Shown here piece after piece: positions 24,994 to 35,251 of a stretch of DNA of 64,000 bases; position 1 is the first letter of the stretch; each line of letters starts with the position of its first letter. Both the position numbers and the translations under genes were made by a program. The stretch comes from Candidatus Obscuribacterales bacterium. GTDB lineage: Bacteria; Cyanobacteriota; Vampirovibrionia; Obscuribacterales; Obscuribacteraceae. The DNA is taken from positions 14,237 to 78,236 of the forward strand of contig JBAYTY010000009.1 in the NCBI GenBank assembly GCA_041675385.1, in the 5' to 3' direction. The notes beneath the pieces were generated by a model that saw only the letters and a program-made list of their open reading frames with translations, was not told the DNA's origin and made no database searches.

Positions 24994-25884
24994 TCACTTG
25001 TCATAAATTATCCCACGAGCGGCTTGTAGTCTAGTATGCAACTGTTCCTGGATTTTCGGGTTGCTGAGATCGCTTTTGTGCAAACCAGCTAGTTCGGTAG
25101 AAATTCTATTCAGCCTTAGTGCCGACGAATTACCGTGTAGCAGCACATTCATTGCGGCCCTCTCGTCGAGATGTTGTTGGCCTTTGTAGTTGCCAAATTC
25201 GTTGTTCCAGTATTGGCGATACGAGACTAAGCTTTGCAAGGCGCCTGGGAGTTCTTGATGAGATTTCGCCACTTTTTCGGGTGCAAACTTGCCTTCCGTA
25301 TTGCGGATAACATTTGTGTGACGATCGACCATAAAGAGCTTATTGTAATAGTCTTGGCTGATTCCGCGCCCGTTCATTTGCGGCACTAATTCTGGGGGAA
25401 GGTTCTTCAGTTGTACTTTGAACAGGTTGTGGCCGATAGCGCTTCCTCCTACCCCAGCGGCTGACATTAGGGCCGTGTCGAAGGCAAACTTGCCCATGCA
25501 TTTGCGCATTATCTGAGCGTTGCGATCGAAATTGGCATCTGTGCGGGCTGTGTCAACAATTGCTGTGGCAATCTGCGCACCGTTTGCCCCTATGTCTGCG
25601 GCGAAGGCGAGGGTCGAAGCGGCTCCAACTGCTCTGGCCGCAATTGGCCCCAGATTGCGACCGCTTGAAAGGTAAGCGAGCCCTAAGCCGATTCCGCCAG
25701 ATAGGGCGACTTTTGCGGTGGTAGCTGCCTTGTGCTGCGAGAAAGCGTCTTGGGCGGCCGCAGAGAAGCCTGACAGGCCTTCTTTGACCAGGCAAGCTTC
25801 ACGACGAGCTTTTACCAGCCAAGACTCGTTTGTGACCTGAGTTGATTGTTTGTCGAGCGATTGAATACGGTCAATCATTTCCAC
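24994..25884 (-). CDS. Hypothetical protein with Gly/Ala-rich hydrophobic segments
   Basis: 296-aa ORF with no recognisable family. It has glycine-zipper-like stretches (GGIGLGLAYL, AAGVGGSAIG). Confidence 0.55.
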   Translation of the reverse strand: MEMIDRIQSLDKQSTQVTNESWLVKARREACLVKEGLSGFSAAAQDAFSQHKAATTAKVALSGGIGLGLAYLSSGRNLGPIAARAVGAASTLAFAADIGANGAQIATAIVDTARTDANFDRNAQIMRKCMGKFAFDTALMSAAGVGGSAIGHNLFKVQLKNLPPELVPQMNGRGISQDYYNKLFMVDRHTNVIRNTEGKFAPEKVAKSHQELPGALQSLVSYRQYWNNEFGNYKGQQHLDERAAMNVLLHGNSSALRLNRISTELAGLHKSDLSNPKIQEQLHTRLQAARGIIYDK

Positions 25885-25892
25885 TCCAAATC

Positions 25893-25962
25893 TCTTTGCT
25901 CTGAACTTTTGTGCTCAGAATCTATTCGTTCCGAACCCTTGTGCTCTGAACCCTTGTGCTCT
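25893..25962. repeat. Degenerate tandem repeats (about 15 bp, GAACCCTTGTGCTCT) upstream of gene 24994..25884
   Basis: Two perfect units lie at 25933-25947 and 25948-25962, with two degenerate units upstream. Confidence 0.7.
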
Positions 25963-26185
25963 AAGCATGGCCACCGCACTTCTTAATTGGAGCAGAGATA
26001 GGTGCTTTTGTCACTGGGGTAAGCGCGAAATTGGCTCTGGTTCTTGCTATTGTTGCAATCTGTGCCAGCTCTGCCTGTTGGGTTAGCGTAGTTCGCGTCA
26101 TCGGTTAAGTGATAGCGAATTGTTAGCACCCAAGAACCATTAGGGGGCAAGCGAGCTGTAATTTGGTTGGTTAGCTGTAAGTGGG

Positions 26186-27358
26186 TTACTTTGCCTGTCG
26201 CTTGCAGGCAATTGCCAGCAGTATTGTTGCCAGTGTCATTAGAACGGCCACTACTGCAAATGCCTTCTCGATGCCACAGCTATCCCCAATTGCTCCTAGC
26301 AAAAGTGGTGTAGTTAGTACAGCTGTGCCTGTGCTGAGCGACACTCTTGCCGCTGCTAGACCTGCTTTTTCGCCCGCTGCGCCTAAGGCTTGCGAAAAAC
26401 TGAGAGGATAAATATTGGCAGTGCCGAGACCAGTGATGGCCAGTCCAACCAATGAAACTACGTGAGTGGGCGCCAGCCAATATATGAGAAATCCAGCAAG
26501 AGCCACTATCGAAACTGTGAGAAGCAGTGGGCCCACACTGAAAGTGCGGGCGAGTTTTAAGCCGATAATTCGACCCAAAAGCATTGTCACTAGAAAGATG
26601 CTAATTGCTTGAATGGCATCTTCTCTAGCCAGTCCTTTTGCTTTTTCAAGAAACTCTGATGTCCAGTAAATAATTGACCACTCGCTGGCGACGCTAAACC
26701 AGATGACGAACCAGAAAAACCAATATCTCACTGGCAGTGTGCCGGTGGCGAAGCCCTTTGTCGCTGCGTTGAAATTGTTAAAGACTTTGCCTGACGATAA
26801 AAATAGAATGAGGAAGAATAGTAGTGGTACCAGTAGGGCTGCCCGCCAGGATAAGCCCATGCGAACGCATTGCCCAACCAACAGCGGAGCGCAGAGTGCG
26901 AAAAGGCTTCCGCCTATGTTGGCTTCGGTGATGCCAATTGTGCGTTTGAGACCGAAACGCTTAGACATGATACTGGTGAGAGAATGGCCCATCATACTGC
27001 CGCAGGTGCCACCAATGTAACCAGAGAGAATGGTGAAGAAGGGCAGCTTTGCCGAGATCAGCATGACTGTAGCCAGAGCTAGGCCTGTGGCGCATGTCCA
27101 GATTGCTTTGGAGCAGCCAAGTTTGCTAATCACAAGGTTTCCAAACGTACCTGCCGTGATACCACCTAGTGCCCAGGCGCTGAAATGGAAAGAGCTGATT
27201 GTGTAGTTGAGGCCTTGTTCATCCCGTAGGTAGGGAACGACCGGTCCCATTGAGGCCAGAATCAAACAATACGTACCAATTAACAGATAACCAACCCATG
27301 TTGCTTTATCGCGAGTGAAAACGTGTTCTTCGTTCGATGGTGTCAAGAGGGCTGCCAA
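26186..27358 (-). CDS. MFS transporter
   Basis: 390 aa with about 12 predicted hydrophobic helices and an MFS-like loop (GNLVISKLGCSK). Confidence 0.8.
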   Translation of the reverse strand: MAALLTPSNEEHVFTRDKATWVGYLLIGTYCLILASMGPVVPYLRDEQGLNYTISSFHFSAWALGGITAGTFGNLVISKLGCSKAIWTCATGLALATVMLISAKLPFFTILSGYIGGTCGSMMGHSLTSIMSKRFGLKRTIGITEANIGGSLFALCAPLLVGQCVRMGLSWRAALLVPLLFFLILFLSSGKVFNNFNAATKGFATGTLPVRYWFFWFVIWFSVASEWSIIYWTSEFLEKAKGLAREDAIQAISIFLVTMLLGRIIGLKLARTFSVGPLLLTVSIVALAGFLIYWLAPTHVVSLVGLAITGLGTANIYPLSFSQALGAAGEKAGLAAARVSLSTGTAVLTTPLLLGAIGDSCGIEKAFAVVAVLMTLATILLAIACKRQAK

Positions 27359-27753
27359 CTATTTACTTATAGGTTTGCCGATTATATTCGATGTATTTTG
27401 CAAGCAGTCAGTCACTTTTCAATTCGCGTGAACTGCATGCGGCCTTCTCGACTGATTCGCGGCAGGCTGGTTGCCATTAAATAGCGCGCTGGCGCCTCGT
27501 TTAGCATTGAGCTGCATCTTTTGTGTTGTTACTGTTCTCGTATATAGGCCTTAAATACAAATCAGTGAGTACTCGCTTGGATTCCACTACTAAAGACATC
27601 AGCTACCACAATTCTTTGCTTAAGCAATGAGCATTTGTTGCCGGGCAAAGTTCGTCAAATAGTGCTGGCGCAGTCTATTTAAGGCCCCAAACTTTAAACC
27701 TACCCAGGCAGCTCTCACTTGAGAGTGCTGTCTGCCGTATTGAGGAGGTTACT

Positions 27754-28725
27754 ATGAACAGCAAAAGGAAAGTTGTAATTTTAGGCTCTGGACCTGCCGG
27801 CTACACTGCCGCGATTTATGCAGCCAGAGCTGGACTTGAGCCCCTTTTAATCGATGGAATACAGACAGGCGGGCAGTTGACTACAACAACTCTTGTGGAG
27901 AATTATCCCGGCTTTGCCAATGGCGTTCTCGGTACAACATTAATGGACGAGATGCGTGACCAGGCAGTGCGATTCGGCACAGAGTTTCTGGCCGACTATG
28001 CCCAGTCTGTAGACCTATCCAAGCGACCGTTTGCTATCAAAGTGGGCGAAAGCGAGGTTTTGGCCGAGACTCTAATCATCTGTACGGGGGCGAAGGCCAA
28101 GCTCTTGGGGCTTGCCTCTGAAAGCAAGCTGATCGGCCGTGGCGTTTCAACCTGTGCAACATGTGACGGCTTTTTCTTCAGAAATAAAGTTGTTTTCGTA
28201 ATCGGCGGAGGTGACACTGCACTTGAAGAAGCAATTGAGCTTTCTCGGCTGGCTAGCTCAGTTACTGTTGTTCACAGGCGTGGTGCCTTTGATAAGGCCT
28301 CGAAGATCATGGTTGATCGTGCTAAGGGGGAGACCAAGATAAGCTACCTGATGAATTCAGAGGTAGAGGACATTTTGGACACTGCTAAGGGTGAAGTGAC
28401 GGCCATTAAGGTCAAGAATCTGCAAAGCGGTAAAGTGACCGAAATGCCTGCTGATGGGATTTTCATTGCTATCGGGCACACGCCCAATGTTGATTTTCTC
28501 AGTGGCCAGATTGAACTCACCGCCGGCGGTTATATCAAGACGACTGGTGTTAAAACCAGCGTGGCAGGTGTCTTTGCTGCCGGTGATGTTCAAGATGAGT
28601 TATACAAGCAGGCAATTGTAGCAGCCGGTTCCGGCTGTGCAGCTGCCCTCGAAGCGCAGCGCTATCGCGAAGACAATCCCATTGAAGTGATTGTCGCAAC
28701 AGCTGAGTGCGCAATAACAAAGTGA
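27754..28725 (+). CDS. trxB: Thioredoxin-disulfide reductase
   Basis: GSGPAGYTAAIYAAR (FAD), the redox-active CATCDG motif, GGGDTALEEA (NADPH) and GVFAAGDV. The ATG is preceded by GAGGAGG. Confidence 0.95.
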   Translation: MNSKRKVVILGSGPAGYTAAIYAARAGLEPLLIDGIQTGGQLTTTTLVENYPGFANGVLGTTLMDEMRDQAVRFGTEFLADYAQSVDLSKRPFAIKVGESEVLAETLIICTGAKAKLLGLASESKLIGRGVSTCATCDGFFFRNKVVFVIGGGDTALEEAIELSRLASSVTVVHRRGAFDKASKIMVDRAKGETKISYLMNSEVEDILDTAKGEVTAIKVKNLQSGKVTEMPADGIFIAIGHTPNVDFLSGQIELTAGGYIKTTGVKTSVAGVFAAGDVQDELYKQAIVAAGSGCAAALEAQRYREDNPIEVIVATAECAITK

Positions 28726-28766
28726 GCGAAGCGTTGACCCACAGCGCGCTCTGAAAAGGAGAAGTT

Positions 28767-29216
28767 ATGAACAATTCAAAACGATTCAAAGAATTCTTTG
28801 TCGTAGGGGAGGGTGATGTTTTTACTGCGCTGTCTGTAGGCACAAGAGTAACTTCAGAAGGCGCTCGCGGACTAGCGTTGGATGGTGTCTTCGTACAGGC
28901 GGGAGACAAGTCTGAAACTGTGGCTCTAGATGGTTCCAATGTTATAGGCGGGGCTGGCTCGACAACCTTCGTCTATCAGGGGGCATGTGGACGGTTTCAG
29001 CGCAACGCATCGGTGCACCTTTATGAGGGCGTTAAAGGATACGCTCGCAACGGCTGTACTGTTGTCTCTTTAGGTGGTCATATCTGGAACACTGGCGATG
29101 ACTCTGTCTTGCCTGGCAATGAACCGGCAGGCGTCGTCGGTGAAGCTGGTGCAATTCTCTATGTGCACGTCGGTGCTAGGGTGATTACCGAGCCGAATGT
29201 TATCGGTGGCAACTAA
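28767..29216 (+). CDS. Hypothetical Gly/Val-rich protein
   Basis: 149-aa ORF with AAAGGAGAAG upstream. No family was recognised. Confidence 0.55.
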   Translation: MNNSKRFKEFFVVGEGDVFTALSVGTRVTSEGARGLALDGVFVQAGDKSETVALDGSNVIGGAGSTTFVYQGACGRFQRNASVHLYEGVKGYARNGCTVVSLGGHIWNTGDDSVLPGNEPAGVVGEAGAILYVHVGARVITEPNVIGGN

Positions 29217-29371
29217 GAATCACGCGAGCCAGTCGACAGAGGCTTGTTCAGCTAGCGCAAGTCGTTCCAATTTTCGCTTCTGAGCATTTCTCCACTTGTG
29301 TAATTCTGAGATTGTGGTCCAATGAAATTCAGGCCTAGTTCGTGTCTGTTACTCCAGAAGAGGGCGAGAGA

Positions 29372-30040
29372 ATGCAGAAGCTCATACATGGCTTGCACCA
29401 CTTCAAGAATGAACTTTTTGCTTCAAAAAAGGAACTCTTTGAGCATCTTGCTAAAGGGCAAGAGCCTGAGGCTCTCTTCATTACTTGCTCCGATTCCCGC
29501 ATCCTGCCTCATTTGATTACCCAGGCAGATCCCGGCGATTTATTTCTTTTGCGAAATGTGGGAAATATTGTCCCCGCCTATGGTGCCGACGTGGAAGGAG
29601 CGGCAGCAGCTGCAATCGAATTTGCGGTTTCTGCTCTTGGCGTTAAGGACATTATCGTTTGCGGCCATTCGCACTGCGGAGCAATGACAGCCATGCTGCA
29701 GCCAGAAAGCCTGTCGAAGTTGCCGCTCGTAGAGAAATGGCTTTATCATACTGATTCCACTAGAAAAATCATACGAGAAAATTATGCCAATCTGGCAGAT
29801 GAACAACTTTTGAGTGTGGCCATACAAGAAAATGTGCTCTCGCAGCTCGAGAATCTTAAAACCCATCCTTCAGTGTCGGCCGCCATCTCTAGAGGCGAAC
29901 TCGGCTTACAGGGCTGGGTCTACAAAATTGAGAGCGGTGAAGTGTTTGCCTATCATGGTGAAAAAGGGCAGTTTCTGCCGTTCACTGAGATTCATACATT
30001 GTCCAATTTGCCACTGCTGTCTGTTACGCCAGCGGCATAG
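29372..30040 (+). CDS. Beta-class carbonic anhydrase
   Basis: The zinc ligand motifs CSDSR and HSHCGA are present. The track start is GTG 29342; the ATG at 29372 (MQKLIHGLHHF) fits the family N-terminus better. Confidence 0.9.
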   Translation: MQKLIHGLHHFKNELFASKKELFEHLAKGQEPEALFITCSDSRILPHLITQADPGDLFLLRNVGNIVPAYGADVEGAAAAAIEFAVSALGVKDIIVCGHSHCGAMTAMLQPESLSKLPLVEKWLYHTDSTRKIIRENYANLADEQLLSVAIQENVLSQLENLKTHPSVSAAISRGELGLQGWVYKIESGEVFAYHGEKGQFLPFTEIHTLSNLPLLSVTPAA

Positions 30041-30389
30041 TAGCATCGTTTCTAAGGGGCAAAACTAGGGCAGAATTTTTTGATCTAGTACGCGACGCTA
30101 AAGTATTAGGAAAGTCTTGTGCGTTGCGACGAGTAATAGTTATATTTCCGTCCAATCGAATGATGCCAGGAGCATAGCAGCAGATATAGTACGAAGTGGA
30201 AACTCTGTTACCAGCTTAGATCTACTACCAAGGAGCCGTTCTGGAGCCAGTTTCACGTTGTGGACGATTGCCACGCAGGCGTGCTCCCTCTATTGAGGGA
30301 TGGTGTTCCCATCGCTGATATGCGACTGTAGATTCAGGGTCAATCAGATTTTATCGGAGTAGTAGCTGTTCATTGCTCTGTGGCAAATT

Positions 30390-30433
30390 GTCAACACTTA
30401 GTCAACTCCTAGTCAACACTTAGTCAGCACCAG
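30390..30433 (+). repeat. Four tandem 11-bp repeats (GTCAACACTTA) ending 16 nt before the caspase-fusion start codon
   Basis: gtcaacactta gtcaactccta gtcaacactta gtcagcaccag. Confidence 0.85.
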
Positions 30434-30449
30434 TGGGGGGAAGAGCTGC

Positions 30450-32600
30450 ATGCTGCGTATCCTACTGGCCACCTCATTGTCCATTTTATGCTTAGGGCAG
30501 GCTTGGGCTTTCGAGCCAAGTCGAGCCCCATTGATGGCGCCCAACAAAGCCGTGGCAACCAACAAAGCAGTGACAATCAACAAAGTAGCGGTAATTCACA
30601 AAGCACCCGTAGCAAGGCCAATCAACGACAAATGGGCTCTACTAATCGGCGTGAGCAAGTTTGATGATCCCAAGATTCCTAAGCTGACTTATTCGGCCAA
30701 AGACGCTGGGGACTTCTATAACTATTTGACCACTGAGGCCAACTTCGCTAAAGATCATGTGCTGCTTCTACAAGACGACAAGGCCAGCAAAGAAAACATC
30801 CTTGATGCCGTTGGCGACGGTTGGCTACCGCGGCGCGTCCGGGCTGACGATCTTGTGGTTATTTATATTTCCACACACGGAAGCACAGCCGACGAAAAGG
30901 GAGAAAACTTCATCGTCGCCTCCGATACAAAATTGGCGAAGCTATACTCTACCGGCATCAGGCTACAGGACCTTCCCCGCGAAATAACAAAACGTACCGG
31001 ATGCGACAGACTGGTTTTGCTACTGGATGCCTGTCACAGTGGTGCGGTGGAGGTGGGCGGGAAAGGCCTGGTGAGAAGGAACACGAACTTTGATGTCAAT
31101 TCGCTGGTTGGTAACGGCGAAATAGTTATGAGTTCCAGTCAAAAAAATGAAGTGTCATGGGAGTCTAAACGCAAAGAAAACAGTGTATTTACTGCCTGCC
31201 TTATTGATGCTCTTCGCTCTAAAGGAGTCAATACCAGACTTTCAGAGGCATTTGATCAGTTAAAAGAGCATGTGGAACAGGAGGTCCAGTTTGATCGCAG
31301 AGCCTCGCAAACTCCAGAAATGAGGAGTCTGTGGCAGGGTGAACCTCTGGCGCTGGGCCTTAAACCGGCTCATCCGCGTTCGGTGCTACCTGAGCTACCA
31401 GCACAGGCGGAGACGGCGCCGAAGAGCGAGACCAGCACTGTGTCTAACCGCGCTGCAACTGACCGCAGTAAGGCTAGCTTGCTTGAAACCGCCTTGACAT
31501 TAAATAACAGCGGTGTTTCCCTGCTCCATGCCAATGATTACAAAGGAGCAATAACCTGTTTCCGCCAGGCCTTGAAAGTAGATCCCGGCTATAAGTATGC
31601 CAGCGACAATCTAGCAATTGCATACAATAACCAGGCCCTGAAACTTGCCTCTAGCGATCCACAGGCAGCTAAGCAACTCTTTGAGCAAGCTCTAGTTTGT
31701 GATCCCAATAATCAAACCACCAAGCAAAATCTGCAAACGGTGATGGCAAAACTGCAGCTAGCCCTGGCCGCATCGAACCAGACTGCACCACTGACACCAG
31801 GCCCCATCGTTCCAACCGTTCCAACCGTTCCTGCTTCACAATCAGTTCAAAATAGCCGCTTCAAAAACAGCCGTCTAAGCCCAGCCAAATCAATTGAACA
31901 AGGTCGTTTACTCTACCGCAAGGGTGACTTCGACGATGCTCTGGCATATTTTGACAATGCCATTGCCAAAGACCCATCTAGTGCAGAAGCCTATCTTCGG
32001 CGAGCCAACACGTATATCCATCTGGAGCGTGCGGACAGTGCAATTACTGACTCGACTAAAGCAATCCAGCTCAAGCCTGACTATGCCGAGGCCTACTGCA
32101 CCCGAGCATCTGCTTCGAACGATCTTAACCGTTATCAAAATGCTATAGCCGATTGCTCAAGCGCCCTCGGCCTTAAGCCAAATCTAAAAACAGCCTACGT
32201 CCTGCGCAGCACTGCCTATCGCGCGCAAAAACAGTCTAGCCTTGCCGATCTGGACGAGGCGAAAGCTAAGACCCTGACTTTCGATGAAGTGGAGGATGAC
32301 GAATGGAAGGGTGACGTGGACTTTGGCCCATTTATGGCCAGTCTGCAAAGACGGATCAAATCCAATTGGTATCCACCAAAGGAGAATTTGTCTAGACGAG
32401 TTATGGTCGTATTCAAAATCCACCACGATGGTGCCCTGTCGGATTGGTCTATATCCCGCTCATCCGGCGATCGAATAGTAGACCAGGCCGGTCTAGACGC
32501 TGTTAAACGAACAGGCAATGTCGGTCCGCTTCCGCTGGGAGCACCACCAAACGTTGATCTGCAATTCACCTTTGATTACAACGTTAAAAAGGCTGGCTAG
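30450..32600 (+). CDS. Secreted caspase-like (peptidase C14) / TPR / TonB C-terminal domain fusion protein
   Basis: A signal peptide is present. The caspase His/Cys dyad context is VIYISTHGS and LLLDACHSG. TPR repeats occupy the middle. The C-terminal TonB_C-like region reads FGPFMASLQRRIKSNWYPP...LQFTFDYNV. Confidence 0.85.
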   Translation: MLRILLATSLSILCLGQAWAFEPSRAPLMAPNKAVATNKAVTINKVAVIHKAPVARPINDKWALLIGVSKFDDPKIPKLTYSAKDAGDFYNYLTTEANFAKDHVLLLQDDKASKENILDAVGDGWLPRRVRADDLVVIYISTHGSTADEKGENFIVASDTKLAKLYSTGIRLQDLPREITKRTGCDRLVLLLDACHSGAVEVGGKGLVRRNTNFDVNSLVGNGEIVMSSSQKNEVSWESKRKENSVFTACLIDALRSKGVNTRLSEAFDQLKEHVEQEVQFDRRASQTPEMRSLWQGEPLALGLKPAHPRSVLPELPAQAETAPKSETSTVSNRAATDRSKASLLETALTLNNSGVSLLHANDYKGAITCFRQALKVDPGYKYASDNLAIAYNNQALKLASSDPQAAKQLFEQALVCDPNNQTTKQNLQTVMAKLQLALAASNQTAPLTPGPIVPTVPTVPASQSVQNSRFKNSRLSPAKSIEQGRLLYRKGDFDDALAYFDNAIAKDPSSAEAYLRRANTYIHLERADSAITDSTKAIQLKPDYAEAYCTRASASNDLNRYQNAIADCSSALGLKPNLKTAYVLRSTAYRAQKQSSLADLDEAKAKTLTFDEVEDDEWKGDVDFGPFMASLQRRIKSNWYPPKENLSRRVMVVFKIHHDGALSDWSISRSSGDRIVDQAGLDAVKRTGNVGPLPLGAPPNVDLQFTFDYNVKKAG

Positions 32601-32640
32601 GTGAGTTGAGGAAATACAAGAAGGGAAGAGGCACCCCATG

Positions 32641-32667
32641 AGCCCGGAACAATCAGTGTTCCGGGCT
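32641..32667 (+). terminator. Hairpin terminator after the caspase-fusion gene
   Basis: AGCCCGGAACA, ATCAG, TGTTCCGGGCT followed by TTC. Confidence 0.65.
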
Positions 32668-33022
32668 TTCACTAGAGACCTTGCTTGGCTACCAGGTTAC
32701 TGCTGGAGTTGGGCTCACAATCAAGAATGGGAAGAGGGATAATTGACCGTAACCGCGCACCTTGTCTGTCAGGAAGGGGCGCAAGGGCTTGAAAGTGTGA
32801 GGCTAGTCTTACCTTTGCGGTAGCTTAAAGCCAGATAGAGACCTGCGTATCGAGGAAAGCAGTCAATCTGTAGACCCTTATCTGGCCGATGATATAGAGC
32901 AATCCAGTGTTCGCGCCGGCCCAGAGATTGATGCGTTTAATCCTTGCACGACCTTACGCTAACCTTATATCGACGTTGGCGTATTGGCAGCGTTTAGCAA
33001 TCTTGCTAGGTTGTCGTTAATA

Positions 33023-33056
33023 ACTCATTCATTTACAACTCGTTCATTTACAACTC
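33023..33056 (+). repeat. Tandem 15-bp repeat ACTC(A/G)TTCATTTACA x2 plus a partial third unit
   Basis: Seen directly in the long non-coding region upstream of 33227. Confidence 0.8.
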
Positions 33057-33226
33057 GGCGAATACAACAAAGACCCAGTACCTACCCCTTAGCTAAGCTG
33101 ATTTCTCATCACAACTGGTGGTGGCATACTAGCAGCCCCCAGCAACTAGATAAATCTCATTCAGGCGCGAAAGACGCCGTAGGTATAGCTCGGCTCGCCG
33201 AGCTATTGCCTAAGGAGATGTAAACC

Positions 33227-34198
33227 ATGTTGATACTTGACCATAACCAAGAGTTAGAGCTTGAGCCGGATGAATATTACGGCAAGGAAGCTATCGACTT
33301 AGAATCCCTTCCAATTTTTCCAGATTCCCGTCCACTGTATCTGGATGATAAACCAATGTTTGACCGGATGTTGCACTCCTTTCGGCCTGAAACGTCTGAA
33401 CTCACTTTTACCAACCTCTTCGCCTGGCGCAATGTATATCATTTTTCAATTTCGAGTCTTTTCGGGTACCTAATCGTACTGAGAGAAAAGGACGGCGCTC
33501 TTGAACTGTTAGATCCCATTGGCCCAATCTGGGGCAAGAGGGCGGTGATTGAAGCCTGTTTCCAAAAGACTTCTCCTGCAACCACTGTCAGTTTCGTCAA
33601 ACTACCGCAGATAACTACATCGATGTTTGCTGACGATAGTCAGTACCTTCTTTCTCAAGACCGGGATAACTCTGATTATGTCTACCGTAACGCCGACCTT
33701 ACCTTCCTCAAGGGTAACAACTACGACGGTAAGCGGAACCTGATCAAACGATTCAATAAATCAACCACATCTCAGTACTTGCCTCTGACTGAGGCGGACA
33801 TAGCCGATGCCCTTGCTTTTTCAAGGCAGTGGTATCAGGGCAGGGATTGTGCTGGCGATGACAGCCTTCTGCATGAGCGCCAAGCACTTGAGGAGATGCT
33901 TCTCAATTTCAAGGCCCTGGGCATTGCTGGCGGTATCATCAAGGTGGGCGGTAAAATCGTGGCTTTGAGCCTTGGAGAATGTTTGAATTCAGATACGATG
34001 GTGGTGCACATTGAGAAGGCTGATGCTGCATTACCCGGCGTCTACCAGACAATCAACATGCTTTTTGCCCAGTCTGAAGGCGAAGGATTTGCTTTTGTAA
34101 ACCGTGAACAAGACCTGGGAATCCCCGGTCTCCGTCAGGCTAAAGAGTCGTATCATCCCCATCACATAGCGGTAAAATACACACTGGAAAGACTATGA
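33227..34198 (+). CDS. DUF2156 (phosphatidylglycerol lysyltransferase C-terminal domain-like) protein
   Basis: The motifs FTNLFAWR and SDYVYRNADLTFLKGNNYDGKRNLIKRFNK are characteristic of this family. Confidence 0.72.
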   Translation: MLILDHNQELELEPDEYYGKEAIDLESLPIFPDSRPLYLDDKPMFDRMLHSFRPETSELTFTNLFAWRNVYHFSISSLFGYLIVLREKDGALELLDPIGPIWGKRAVIEACFQKTSPATTVSFVKLPQITTSMFADDSQYLLSQDRDNSDYVYRNADLTFLKGNNYDGKRNLIKRFNKSTTSQYLPLTEADIADALAFSRQWYQGRDCAGDDSLLHERQALEEMLLNFKALGIAGGIIKVGGKIVALSLGECLNSDTMVVHIEKADAALPGVYQTINMLFAQSEGEGFAFVNREQDLGIPGLRQAKESYHPHHIAVKYTLERL

Positions 34199-34506
34199 TG
34201 CTCCCTGCATCAGTCGATACAGTGAAGAGATATGACAATGAATGGTGTTTGTGCCCAGATGAGCATAGGCTCCATTCGTTGTCGTATCGCGCTCTGTGAG
34301 TTTGTTGAATGAGCTAATTTTTTTGCTTCAGGCTTACTATATATAACAGTGACCTCACCCAAAAATAATAGCTGACTACCGCCTTACGTGATGCTAGTAG
34401 TGAGATTTTCGGTTTTGGTGGCAGTGAGATGATCTGGCAGAAACAAAGCAGCACATCAAAAAAGCGCTGCTTTGTTTCTGGGTTAAGGGTTAGTGGATAA
34501 ACAAAG

Positions 34507-34899
34507 TTACTTTCTTTCCAATCCGCAGGCGAGCAGTATTCCGCCAAGCCCAGCCAAAGCCGCAGCTAGTGCAATTTTCCCGGCCACATACCCAGTCATA
34601 GCGAACATGATTAATTCGCCCACGCCGCCATGCCAAATGATAACAAGACCAGCAAGCTCAGCAAAAACTAGCACTACAACCCAGTGTTCACGATGAGCAA
34701 TTCCCGAGATAAAAGCGGCTACTAAAACAGTTGAAACTATTGCGCCGATAGCTATACCAGCAGCCCAAGCGTTGTTTCCGCACATATTCGCCAGAACAAT
34801 TCCAGCCATAAGCAGAAGTAATCCTACGACAACGAGCATTGATTTTGCGTTCATAACAGTTTCCAATCTAAATTTTGAGCTTATTTTTGACCGTAACAT
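34507..34899 (-). CDS. Small multi-pass membrane protein
   Basis: Three to four hydrophobic helices. The likely start is the internal ATG at 34854 (MNAKSMLVVVG). Confidence 0.6.
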   Translation of the reverse strand: MLRSKISSKFRLETVMNAKSMLVVVGLLLLMAGIVLANMCGNNAWAAGIAIGAIVSTVLVAAFISGIAHREHWVVVLVFAELAGLVIIWHGGVGELIMFAMTGYVAGKIALAAALAGLGGILLACGLERK

Positions 34900-35146
34900 A
34901 GTGGCTATAGTGCCCTCTGTTTATGCGCGCCGAGAGCACAGTCCAACCTCTGGATTTTAATTCATGGACCATAAGTTCTACTGCCTCAAAGGGCATCGAA
35001 TGATATTCGATTTCAATCGGGCTATTTGAGTCGCCATATTTTTGTTCCAGCACGCTCTCGGTATGGGTACGGGCGATTTCGATGTTGTTCTTGAGTGATG
35101 CGGCGGCCTTGTAGTGCCCCAAGTCGTGCGGTGAGAGCAGTGACAT
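34868..35146 (-). CDS. Hypothetical 92-aa protein
   Basis: An AAGGAG SD lies upstream of the ATG at 35146 (MSLLSPHDLG). The track start at 35170 lacks an SD. Confidence 0.6.
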   Translation of the reverse strand: MSLLSPHDLGHYKAAASLKNNIEIARTHTESVLEQKYGDSNSPIEIEYHSMPFEAVELMVHELKSRGWTVLSARINRGHYSHYVTVKNKLKI

Positions 35147-35251
35147 ATCAATCTCCTTAAAGTATTGCATTGCAAATTTGTTGTTTAACTAGGTTCAGAG
35201 CTGCCGAATATTGTCATTCGACAGCTCCACACGAGCGTAGAATCAAGACGC

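Noticed and set aside
28767-29216. 149-aa Gly/Val-rich protein as a bactofilin
   Set aside because: The regular bactofilin repeat pattern is not evident by eye, so it is left as hypothetical.
32700-32960. TPP or cobalamin riboswitch, SRP RNA or RNase P RNA in the long intergenic region
   Set aside because: Only short chance resemblances were found (ATCTGG, GTCAGGAAGG). The conserved cores (CUGAGA..ACCUGAUCUGGAUAAUGCCAGC, GCCACUG, GGUCCGGAAGGAAGCAGC) are absent.
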